Assembly: GCA_003568945.1 (NCBI GenBank)
Contig: BDIP01000036.1
Location: 1-39,932 of the forward strand
Reading direction: 5' to 3'
From: Kipferlia bialata
Taxonomy: Eukaryota
DNA: 39,932 nucleotides
Shown: piece after piece, positions 25,501 to 37,600 of the stretch
Layout of the letters: each line of letters opens with the position of its first letter
Position numbering within the stretch: the first letter of the stretch is position 1
Notes under the pieces: model-generated
The model's input: only the letters and a program-made list of their open reading frames with translations
What the model was told of the DNA's origin: nothing
The model's database searches: none
Position numbers and translations under genes: made by a program

Positions 25501-26598
25501 CCTTTCTCTGTGTCTCTCTCTTATATATCAGGTTGAGCTGCCCTGTCACGCTGGGCACAGACAAACACTTCTTTCTTTTTCTCTCTCTCTAGACCCTCAT
25601 TTTCTTATCCTTCAGGTTGAGCTCCCCTGCCACGCTGGACACCTCCTGGACTCATACGACCTGCTCAAGGTAGGACATTGATCATCTATTGTGTCTCTTT
25701 CTTTTCATAGATTCTGAAATTGTTAATCCCTAGGTCTCCGATGGCCATGGCACCCAAAGGACAGGCCTCACAGCCAAGACTGGAGTATCGATGGCATCCA
25801 GACAGCAGAGCAGGTGTATAGATCTGTTTCTCTCTCTCTCTCTCCTTCTTCACCCTTAATTCCCAGGTCCAAGTATGGAGAGTCCATGCACTCTGCCAGA
25901 TCAGGCATGTCCAACAGCAGCTACATGCAGCCAGCAGGTATTGTATATACATAGTATATACTATATACATGTATATATTAGTAAATACACATGTATATAT
26001 ATATATATGTCTGGCATGTCCAACAGCAGCTACATGCAGCCAGCAGGTATTGTATGTGTATGTATGCACTTAACCCTCTCAATCCGGGCTTCTTTTAACG
26101 TACTATCTATATTTACTCTATGCCTTCTCATTCCAGGCTCTGTCATTGCTGGTTCTGAGGCAGGGTCACAGGCCACATCCCACGTGGGTACGTACATAGA
26201 CTATGTACTGGACAGGGATCGAACCCGCGTCTTCTCCATCTCCATACACAGTGTCCTCGACTAGAATCGAACGCACGACCTCTCAACTTATACTAAGACC
26301 CTCTCACCTACCAGGACGTAGGAACCACGGCAGAGGCCAGACACATCGAGTGGCACAGCAGCTTACACAGGTTAGTTATATTCGTTGATACTTTCTATTC
26401 TATTAAGGATAGCTCTAATTGTAGGCCCTGGAGTGCATTGCTGACACTGATCTGTGTCATTGTATATATATACAATTGTATATATTCATACATTGGGATA
26501 TTCCTCTTGTGTCTTACTATCAGGCCCTGGAGTGCATTGCAGACACTGACAATGTGCGCATTGCCCTGCTATCCCCAGATGCACCACTAGTGGAGAAG

Positions 26599-26632
<34 letters not shown>

Positions 26633-29533
26633 TCTTTAGAATGTGGTCATTAGATGGAATTGAACCCTCCCCCACCCTCACTTCAGCTGAGTGTCCCTGC
26701 CCAGCTTCCAGATATTCACTCTCTCTCTCTCTCTCCCTCTCTACTGTGGTCTATGTCTATATAGTAATATGAACCCTTACTCTAGTTGAGTGTCCCTGCC
26801 CAGCTCCCAGACATCAGGGGAATGCTCTCCTCGCACAACAAGGTCTTTGCACAGGTTCGTTGGTCACCCTCCCTCTCTGTCTTCTTCTTCTTCTCTCTCT
26901 CTCTCTCTCTCTTTACACCCTTAATACCAGGACCCCGCTGCGTGTTTGGCCAGCGACTTCTTCGGTGTTGTGCCTCTGCAGTACAGTGTCGACAGACCCA
27001 GGTATCCCTCTCTCTCTCTCCCTTATACATATCCATACTCTCATATATGGGTGCCTCACCCTCAGCATCCTGGAGGACATTCGTGACCCAGGCATCTCTC
27101 TCTCTCCCTATACATTTACACACATATAATCACACATGTATATATCTATAGTTTTCTTACTCTCAGCATCCTGGAGGACATTCGTGACCTCCTTGAGTCA
27201 CTAACTGCACCATCAGACGCCAGAAAGGTATGATCTCAATCATATGTATCCTCTCTCTCTTTCCTCGACATACTATACGCAAAGCGTGATACCGTTTGTG
27301 TACGTTAATAACATGAATGTGTACATGTATACTTAGTCTCACTTTAGCGTGCCATTGCAGCCTCCATGGCCAAGAGGGGTGTCAGATCTCTCTTTCTCTT
27401 TCTCTCTCTCTCTTTCCCCCTCTTCTCCTAACCACAGCGTGCCATTGCAGCCTCGAAGGCCAAGAGGGGTGGGAGGTCTAGGTCCAGAGACGATGAGAGA
27501 TACATGGACGTGGAGATGGATATGGACAGTCACAACCTGATAGGTACTGTACATATATATATATGTATATACATATGTATTTACACATACATATACATAT
27601 GTATTCGTTCTTGTATGTATATGTATATATATATATATATTGACAGATACATGAATGTGGAGATGGACATGGACAGTCACAACTTGATAGGTACGATGGG
27701 TAACAATGATTCTCTCTCTCTTTCTCTGTTCATCGTATCTCTGCTCTACCCCTATAACCCCAGAGATTATCCACTCCTTGACCTCCTGTATTACTGTATC
27801 TATACACATATATGAATATATGTAGATATGTATTGTATACAACGATAACCCCAGAGATTGTCCACTCCTTGACATCCTGTCCAAAGGTCGTGGCAGCGGC
27901 ACACAAGGTGTGTAGGATGTATAAATATGTACATTGTACTTTCCCAGTACCATGCGACTTTTACTAAACCTTAACACCAGATCCTTGCCTCTAACCCCCT
28001 TGCAGACTGGTATAATATGTATACATATATATTAATGTCTATATATTTATAACTGCATTTGTATTGTTCTAGCCTTCTAGTCTTACCCTTAGGTTCTGGC
28101 CTCCAACCCCCTTGCCGACTGGTGTGAGGACCCATGCGATATCAGTGGTCTGTCACAGGTACTATTGGTATCCTAAAGAGGATTCAAATATATATGAGAT
28201 ACATTCTATGTAAATACTATTTGAAAACCTTCGTTTAACCTCTCAGGAATAATGATTATACATGTACTACTAAGTATATCAGTGGTCTGTCGCAGGTACT
28301 AATACATATCCAGGATATATTTGCATACTCTAATTGTCTAAAATGCCAACTGAACACCAATATGTACACATATAACTAACCCTTACAGGATGCCAAGAGG
28401 GCCCTTCTGTTCAGTCTCAAATGTATATATGTGTGTGTGTGTGTGTATTCCATTCATTGTTGAATGTATTATATTATGAAGTGGACTATGATGTACTATC
28501 TGTTTACCATCAGGATGCCAAGAGGGCCCTTCTGTTCAGCTCGGCTCTCTCTCTCTCCCTCTACACCCTTAATTCCAGGATGCCAAGAGGGCCCTTCTGT
28601 TCAGCCTCATGGTCGAGTTTGCAAACAACGAGGGAATCAGACAGGTATGTACATTCTCTGTAGCTACACTGGCACCTCTGTCTGTCTACCTCTATCACCC
28701 TAATCTCCAGGCCGACTGCCACTTTGTCTGCTCCATGACCCCCCCCTCTCTCTCTCTCCTTCTACACCCTTATTCCAGGCTGACTGTCACTTTGTCTGCT
28801 CCATGACCCCTCCTCTCTCTATGGACAGGTCAAGAGACGCACCTGCAGTACAGCTGAAGGCAAAGCTGGTGAGTATTGCTTATATATATTACTATATATA
28901 TGTGGGTAATCTGACATCTAGGTCAACTTCCGCCTGTCAGCTGACATGACCACCCCTGTGTCTGCCTCCTACCACCTCCCCCCTGCCTGTGCCACTGTGT
29001 ACATACACTGCGACAGTGACAAGAGGAGATCACACGGGAGGTAACGCACCCTCACACATACTATGCATTTGCATATCATACAACCAAAATACTCTGTTGT
29101 CTGTTTACCTATTTACAATGCTATATCTAACTCCAGGGGTGCCATCCGTGAGGTCAGCAACGTGTCCAGTGAGAGTGAGCTGTCTCTGCTACAGGATCAG
29201 GTACATATTTATATGTATGTAGTGGGAATCGTACCTCATGACTCACCCCCAGCAGTCGAGTGGCATGATTAGGGTCTCCCAGCTTAAGGGTGGGGTACCT
29301 GGTCTAGGCCACATTGGGGAGCAGATGGCCAACGTCCCAGGTACTCTTTCATATAGAATAGTAAAGTATACCTTGATGTATATCATACACTCTGTACTCT
29401 TTATATGTTATGCATGTACTCTATGTTCACCCCAGTCATTCTTGGCAGCAGGCGTCTGGGCAACGTCTCTCTCAGAGACAAGATTGGTGCAGACCACTGG
29501 ATTAGCATGGGAGCGCACTTTGACATCATGTAG
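15815..29533 (+). CDS. Highly divergent dynein-heavy-chain-like protein (degenerate AAA4, reduced stalk, AAA5, AAA6, C-terminal domain); ~70 short exons
   Basis: Hand-spliced peptides align in order with remembered dynein consensus: DEQIAAFVRMAIVLSCGLPAAL (AAA4 start), SFNKGLLPPVFS (cf. LNSGEVPNLF), KLAQHLSVVVTS (cf. VRKNLHVVLCMS), FTFWAIAAMERF plus coiled coil, EEMWT, GIPF...VQMWRDGL...ENN, ALENGHPLIF and GQVLRFNDG...MRIYI (AAA5), VLCCLNP...YIQMGQD (AAA6, cf. FILSPG..ISLGQGQ), and terminal NVPVILGSRR...ADHWISMGAHFDIM* (cf. CPVY...HWIxRGVAL; TAG 29531-29533). The first exons (from MPPRPSPK, ATG 15815) are less certain than those from ~16036 onward. Confidence 0.7.
16089..16168 (+). repeat. 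Poly-C / (CT)n pyrimidine tract in an intron
   Basis: C homopolymer runs and CT repeats lie between donor ~16073 and acceptor ~16186. Confidence 0.9.
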
Positions 29534-29623
29534 AGAGCGAGATAAGCGGGAGGGAAGGAGACCTTATGGCCAATAGTGTTGTGTTCGATCCTTAGATGAG
29601 CCATGACTGTTTGGCATGAGGGG

Positions 29624-29654
<31 letters not shown>

Positions 29655-29661
29655 GACATGT

Positions 29662-31228
29662 TTAGTCTTGGTTCTCTATGTTTGTGTGTGGCCTTATCCA
29701 CCATGGAAGGCCCATTTTAGGGGGATCAGTGTACCATTCACTGGTATCCGGTAATCTGTTTGATTGTTGAGTTTTTAGGTACTGGCTATCTGTATAGTCA
29801 GTGTCATCTAATAGGATGTGTATGTGTATACACTCCTCACATGCACTGCTATACCCACAGTGGGTGTGGCAGCTGATAAATGATTGTAGTTTAACTCTGT
29901 TGAGTGTGTGTTTCGGTTGACTGTGTACAATATACATTGCGCTATACATTGTATATCTATTCATGATAGTCATACAGCACTCAATATGTGCGACAGCAGG
30001 AGTGATGTCTGAAGGGCGTACGGCTAATCCAATGGTTTGTAGTGGTCTGTGAGTGCTTATTCCATGTGTATCCGGGAGCGCTAGCAAATAGAAATACTGA
30101 GTGGCCAGGAGAAGAGATGGGGGGGGGGGGGAAGATGAATACTAGCATAGGAATACTGGCAGAANNNNNNNNNNNNNNNNNNNNNNNNNNNNNNNNNNNN
30201 NNNNNNNNNNNNNNNNNNNNNNNNNNNNNNNNNNNNNNNNNNNNNNNNNNNNNNNNNNNNNNNNNNNNNNNNNNNNNNNNNNNNNNNNNNNNNNNNNNNN
30301 NNNNNNNNNNNNNNNNNNNNNNNNNNNNNNNNNNNNNNNNNNNNNNNNNNNNNNNNNNNNNNNNNNNNNNNNNNNNNNNNNNNNNNNNNNNNNNNNCGGG
30401 GGGGGGGGGGGGGGGAAAGGGGGGGGGGGGGGGGGGGGAGTGCATCACCCTAGGCCTAGTCACCTCCTGCCAGTGAGTGAAGGAGAGAGGAGGCAGAGAC
30501 ACCGAATCTGCATCTGAAAGAGGGTCAACCCAATATCTCAGACACTATGCCACCCCTCAGCCCACCGTACCTTCAGCACGTTGTTGTAGTCGTCCTTGAT
30601 GATGGACGTGATGGGCACAGGGGTCCCAAAGTCACGCTGGGGGTGAGACGGCGTACAGGGAAGATGGACAACCACTAGGAGTTGGTTGATATATCAGAGC
30701 GAAAGAGGGGAGGGGGAGAACTAGGAAGGGGGAGGGGAGTTATGACTCACTCATAAGAGTTTATGCTAACGCATTAGGCTGGTGGTTGTGCATCAGGTCC
30801 AGTGATAATACATGATTACATACTAGTCATTGTAGCATAGATCAAAGTCGACAGAAATCTCCTCCAATTGGGGCTGATACCACGCCTGCAGCCTCTAACA
30901 CAGTCACCCACCTTCACAGCCATGGCGAGCTTGCACTTCCTGTACCCTTGCCGCCTGCGGGTGAGAAGATACTCAAGTGAAGGTCAATAGCTTCCAAACA
31001 CGATAATCACCTCCAGTTCTCCTCACGGGTGGCAAACATGCAGTACCGCTCCTCATCCAGCAGTGCCTCGACCGAACTCAACTGCCCTCTGTCGTTCAGG
31101 AAGCGCCGTTGTCTCGCAGAAAGCCTAGCAAATGTGCTAGCTGCCAATCCGGGCCCCCGTGCTGAAGCCCGCTTCTTCACAACACGTTGGACCCCTTCCG
31201 GGTGTTGGTCCACGTGTCTACCGTCCAT
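29662..31228 (-). CDS. Hypothetical protein, multi-exon, interrupted by the assembly gap
   Basis: Exon-like segments flanked by AG/GT: MDGRHVDQHPEG...REENWR|RQGYRKCKLAMAVK|AWYQPQLEEISVDFDLCYND...; RDFGTPVPITSIIKDDYNNVLK; after the gap ALPDTHGISTHRPLQTIGLAVRPSDITPAVAHIECC. Some phases and the 3' end are unresolved. Confidence 0.45.
30165..30396. other. Assembly gap (N run) flanked by poly-G tracts
   Basis: Continuous Ns, with G runs at ~30119-30131 and ~30398-30440. Confidence 0.99.
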
Positions 31229-31649
31229 TGGGTGAGTATATCACCACGAATCGACCGAATAGAGGCCAACTACTCCAATGGGAACGCAATTCCGGCAAAG
31301 GCACAAAAGTCTCTCTACACCCTTTTCTGGAAGTTGACTCCTTTGCAGAAATCAAACAAATTGGGAGCCAAGTTGCTGCATTGTCTCCGAGACATAGATC
31401 ATCCCTCTATGGCAACATCATTAGGAAAAGGTGGCGATGAGAGAACAGTACTCTTCAGGACTCAAGTGAATGGACAATCAGGTGTCTCATTGTCAGATAC
31501 TAAAAACAGAAAAGGGGGTTTGATGCATCTCGCTGACAATTGGACTCTTTGTCCCTTTGGAATTGTCTCTTTTAGCCTCTGGAGCTCCGTGTATGGTGGT
31601 ATCCTTGGCCGGTGGGGCACCCACCCACCCCAATGGCTGTAGCAGGAGC

Positions 31650-34600
31650 ATGTTGCGTGTTCTTGTATGCCTCTGCCTCTGTGTGGTGTGTGTGTGTGAT
31701 GGGTTCACTGTGAGTGGCAACAGAGTGCAGTATGACACAGTGTACATGGACATGGAAGCACTGACAGAGGGCACTGACGCCACTGTTCCGTATCTACTGT
31801 ATCGCACAGCCGCCCCTGCTCTGCGGGGTAGCACTGTGGACCTAGGGGCTGACACCGTGGCAGGGCCATACTTCAGTGCAGGGGCCATAGAGGAGGAGGA
31901 AGGTGAGTCAGGGTGGATATGGCAATACTGAGCTGGTGTTGTGTGGTTTGTGTGTTATATTTGACTCTCTGCCAAGTGTCTGGGCATTAGGGGGATGTTT
32001 GACTGAGAGTGACCGACTGACGTCTTGATTTCTATTTGTCTCACTTATCCCATCTCCTCATCTGTTTCGGGATAAAAGACAGTTCCACACATAACCCACT
32101 AGTGCTAGATGATGTCACAGGTGCCGAATTGGATGTTATACCACACTCCTCTCTTCTCTATATATTGTGTGGCCCCTACACGCAACAGCCGTACACGCAA
32201 TGATCCCTCTCTTATGCTCAGGCTCCTTCTCCCTCCCTCTGTATGCCCATGCTTCCTGGCTATCCGAGGCTGGTGTGTACGTAGGCACCCTCCCCGTGTC
32301 CTCTCTTACCTCTACCCCACTGATCCTGGCTGGGGATGTGTCAGAGGACCCACCTGTTGCAGCAGTGTCTGTGTGTGAGGCAGAGGGTATAGAGGGGGTG
32401 GATGGTATGCAATGCCTAGATGGTAGTGCAGTGCTATTGCTAGCAGACCTCAGAGATGGGGTAGCGGACGCAGAGAGAGGTCTCTCGGGCATGGCATACC
32501 AGAGCAACAGGTATCTATATACACATACAATGTACTCATATACCATATATAGTCTGCATGTGTGTCTGACCCACCCCAGCTGCTCTGCCGAGGTAGCCAT
32601 GCTTGACCCCCTCACTGAGCACACCCAGATAGTAGCCTTCACCCCCTGTGGCCCCACCTGTGGCACAGCGGGGTTCCTCTTCATAGTAGACGGTACCCTG
32701 GAGGACGCCTCTCTCTACTCAGCTGCCACCTACCCAGACGTGGCCCCCCATGCCATCTTCTCATTTGTATCTGTCGATAGCTCTAGTGAGAGTACACCCC
32801 AAGGTCTAGCCTGGCAGAGATCGTCAGCCCTGGGGTGCGTGGATGTGACTGAGGCTGACTCTGTGCCCCTTAGGGTGTATGACACTACACTGTCCCTAGA
32901 CTCCGCTGGTACTGGGGTATTCCCTTCCCTTATGGTGCAGAGTCTGGTTGCTACGGCTGCAGGGGGCACTGTAGGAGATGTATCTGTGTCCAGACACTCC
33001 TACACAACCTACGATGCCCAAAGTGAGGGAGAGTACTACACTACAACTGTACAGGATTTGCCATTAGCAGGTGGTCTCTTTGAGTCTGAGGCGAGAGATG
33101 ACCGGTACTCAGAGCTCCATCTTACTCGGTCTGTGACAAACTCTGCCGCTACCGAGTACACATGGTTCCTGACCTGTGACACTGACCCAGACACCTCAGA
33201 CCCAACCCTCAGAGCTGTCCCCTTCCTCACATCTGACCTGGCCACTCCTGCAGCCCCAGCTCTCTCTCTCCCTGATGTATCTGGTGTATGTGATGGGTAC
33301 ACGCTATACATGTGGACATCACTTGTCACAGTAGCAGCAGGGGTAGATACATCGAGTGGGAGTAACATCCCATACTTGATTCTGAGAGTTGGCGATGGCA
33401 CTGGTCTAGCCTCTGCGGCCTCGTCTCCTGTCTACCTATCATCCTCTAGCGTATACTCTGCACTCCTTGGCCTCTCAGAGGATGACTCTACAGTGTTCAG
33501 TATGCCTCTGGAGGCTGACGATGCGATCACTCTCCAGTCTGCATCCTTTGGTGGCTTCTGCACGCTGACAGCCGGGTCCACCCTATGGGCTCTGGTGTAC
33601 GACACCACTGCATCAGAAGCTACAGACTACACAGTTGCTGTCAATACCTACAGTCCCTCCCTATTGGTCTCAAGGGACGCTCTTGATGTCTCTTTCTACC
33701 CCTCTGTCACAGTTGTGGAGCAAGGGACATACTCACAGCATTCCGCGGTGATAATTCAGATGGTTGGAAGCATTAACCTACTCGATGACTCTGCTGTTAG
33801 TGTCACACTCACCGTCGGGGATTCCGACGTGTCACAAGCTGTGACTAACACGGAGTACTCCTCCACATACCCGTGGTCTCTGGATGTAGTATCCGTACCA
33901 GCAGCAAATACCCTTCCAGTTGCTGTCTTAGTCTCTGTACAGGTCGCAGAGTCCTTGACCAGTGACTCTCTCTCTGTCACCGTCCCCTCTAGTGTATGGA
34001 CTGTGGTGGATAGTGATGAGGCCCTCAACCCATACTCCCTGCCTCTTCGCCTAGACACTGCCATCATCGACCTCTACACAATCCCGGACAGTGGTGTCGA
34101 TGTCACTACTCTCTCCGCCAGTGTCACTCTCTATGGCTGGTGTGGTGTCATTGACACTGCCTCTGACCTGAGTCTGACACTATTAGTAGAGGGGGAGTAC
34201 TCAATAGCAGACTCACTCGATGCCCCCTACTCTTCAGTTGTGTTTGGTACAGACCCCAGTGCACATACCTCATGCTACAGCGGGAGTATGCTGACTGTGC
34301 TCACTGTAGAGTGTCCCACAGATACTGTCTGTGCCTCCAGTGGATACTCCACCACATACCCCGTGCCTGTGCTGGGGAGTGTGGTAGCTGTGAGTGACAT
34401 AGAGGTAGATAGTGCCACAGCTGGTGCTGACGCTGCCTCTCCTAATGTGAGAGTGACACCTATCCTATCTGTGGAGGGTCCTGACTCAGTCTTCTATAGT
34501 ATGGGTGTACCCGTGCTTCCGTCCTCTTCTGTCCACGCTACTGTGCCACTAGTCGACGAGACAGCGGATGTCTACACACTGACAGATGGGGATGCTGCCC

Positions 34601-37600
34601 AGTACATACAGTACACCGGGGACCTGGGGGACACACCTTCCTTCACATCATGCACCTTCACTGCGGTGTATGACACTCTTGAGTATACGTCAGAGCCTGT
34701 AGGCCTAGCCGGTGACCAGGCAATAGCCATGTATATTGGGTCATCTGTTGAGGACACTGAGGCCCAAAACATCAACCCTTCCTCCACCTACGCCGCAACT
34801 GCAGTTGCACTCACGTCTGACCCTGTTGTTGAAGCCCTCTCTGTTGCACTCAGTGATGACTCTGCTATAGACATCGCAGTGGGTGAGGACTCAGGGAGTG
34901 GGTCTGAGAATGCCAACGTTTGTCACACATCGAGTAGCTACGCGTTGTCAATGCCAGACTTTAGTAACTACTATCCCGTTGTTCCTGAACTTGCGCCACA
35001 GTATATACCCTCTCCCTTTGTGGCTGACATATCGCTACCCAAGGCTCTCGTGGATATGGAAGAAGTACTACCGGAGACACTGACGTTCAGTCTCTCTGGC
35101 TACCCTCAGGACCCTCTCGTCCTAACAGACACTGGCTTCACTGACTCTCTGTACACATACGCAGCTGACACTACCGCGCTAGGCACTCTTCTGGGTGTAC
35201 TTGAGAGTGTACAGTGTGGCAGAGTGTATGACGCTGCACTCACCACTGACTCTCTTTCCCTGGACCCACCCTTGGTACTACCACTCACTGTCACTGAGGC
35301 TGCTCTACCCAGTAACGCCCTCACTGATCCAGTGTTCACACACAACCTGCCATCTCTGCTACCCCCTGCTACCTTACTGGACATCAGTCTCTCTGGGGTG
35401 TACACTGCAGACGGTGATGATAAGGACCAGACCCTGTGCTGCTCTGCAATATCATTACACGTTAGCACATCCACGTCTGAGTCCCTGTTCTCCGAGGACG
35501 CTGTGACAAGTAGCCTGACATTTGTGGATGGGGTCCCCTTCCAGCAGTGTGTGATGCAGGTGGACACATCTCAGTTCCCCGTCTTCTCCGAGGCAATCTT
35601 CGAGTACGACACTGGCGTCACCACCTATCTAACCACCGCCATCTCCCTCCTTGTGTCAGTGCCCTCCCTCAAGTACTATATGATGGCCACTGCCGCCCTA
35701 TCTGTCCTTGTGTTCTGTACCCAGACCACGTCCTACTGCTGCTCATGCTGCTGCTCGTGTAGAAAGACTAGGAGAAAGGCAGGAAGGCCCAGGGGTAACA
35801 GAAGGGTCAGTATGGCAGCTGTTAGCATGTGCGGCAGGTGCTGTGGGTGGATGGGAATCACAATCTCCATGCTCTTCTTTGTAGTGTTCATCTTTGGTGT
35901 AAAGATGCTTGTGCTAGGTGGAGACTTCTTCGTCTTTCAGCGACTCTTCTCCCACCTTAGAGTGCGGGAGACACCCGACCTGTTGTATGAACTACCCCTC
36001 GTGTCATACTCGTTTGAGTTTGCCAGACAGTTGGACGCGTTCTTCGACAATGTGCAGTACACGCTGCTCCAGTCAGAGCAGATCAACCTCTACCTCTCCC
36101 TAGGAGTGGTGCCTGTGATTCTTGCCCTGCTACTACTCTTCAAGGTTGGGTTTCAGATACAAAGCTCTCCGCATAAGTGTATATCTTTGCCCCTAATTTC
36201 CAGGTGATCCTGCTACTTGTTAAGGCGCAAGACAGGTGGAATGGCAACCTGTTTGTGCTGCTGTGCATCCTCTTCCTGCTGCGTCTGTTGACCGAGGCCT
36301 CAGAGCTGTGTGCCACCTTTGTCTCTGATCTCATCCTGTGGGTCATGAGTGGGGGCACAGAGGGACTGGGGGACGTACCTGCTGCACTTCCCATATGTCT
36401 CTTCATAGCACTGGGCCTGCCCCTAGTATCCCTACTAGCCATGGCCACACATGAGAAACTGCCGTTTAGGTTGGTTGCTAGCACAAGTGAATATCAGTCG
36501 TTGGCACTGTTACCTCGATATTGTGTGGGAATTTATAAGTTGGACGCCATATTCTGCTAATTACTAGGTCTCTCCTTGGTCTAAAGGAGGGCGAGTCATA
36601 CTGGCGAGCCCCACATCTAATGGCTTCCTTCAACTGGCTAGCCGAGCAGTTCGCTGACATGCGTGACTACAACCCATGCGACTGTGGTGGTGGAACAGAG
36701 CTTGGAGAGTCACTTATGGAGTGGGCGACTGACACTCTTCCCAGGAAGATTGGATCCATTCTCATGTTCAGTGTCTGGGTGTGGCTCTCCCCTGTGGTAT
36801 GGGGTGGATGCATCTACTTCTACTATGACTTCGTGTCCAACACAAACTGGGATGGTATTCCCTACGTTTGGGAGTTCGTTCTTGGACTCGCCGCTCTCGC
36901 TGTAGTAATGTACATCGGAAGTTACATAGCTGGCCTTCCCAACGAGGCACAGCGCAGACATTTACGGGAGAATCCACATCTGAAATGGAAGTCTCCTTGG
37001 AGGAAGGCGTTGAAGGCTGCAGCAATCACACTCTGTCTGCCAGGGTGGCTGTGTGTTGTGTTCCTGGTGTTCTCCGTGTTAGTCCTTGTCATGGTCACTG
37101 CTGTCCTTGGTAGCATCCCACTAATGATAATGGGCCCCGTAATCCTGTTTTTCGTAGGCCTAGCAATCTACCTCATCTGGTTAGGGATCTGTCTCATCAT
37201 TGGTCAGATACTAATATCTGCCGCTTTCTTGTGGGTGTTTTGCTCCCTAGTGGGCTTCTGCCTTCTCCCTGCTGGTACCGTGCTGCACACTATCATACCC
37301 ACTGTCAGTCTCATGCTGGGGATAGTGCCGCGGAAGCTGAGGTAGGGCAATCACGTTATGATACGCCAGCTAGAGTTCTTGCCCAATATTGCATTGTACA
37401 ACGTTCTCACCGCAGGAACCGAGTTGTCGCTATCCTGACCCAACTCGTTCTCAACCTTGGTGTGCTTGCCACTATCGTGTACTTTGCATACCTGGAGGTG
37501 CTGCGCATCATTGAGCTTGGAGAGATCGACATCGCCACTCCCTTCATAGTTCTGTGCTTCCTGGCTCTTATAGTGCTGGTGGACACAATCTACACGATGA

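Noticed and set aside
26205..26290. Intact tRNA gene
   Set aside because: Only T-loop-like motifs are present; no acceptor, D or anticodon stems could be paired.
29981..30502. ORFs spanning the N run
   Set aside because: Artefacts of the assembly gap and poly-G flanks.
32136..35567. Antisense ORFs of 70-180 aa opposite the large membrane-protein exon
   Set aside because: Expected shadows of a long coding exon with biased codon usage; no independent features.
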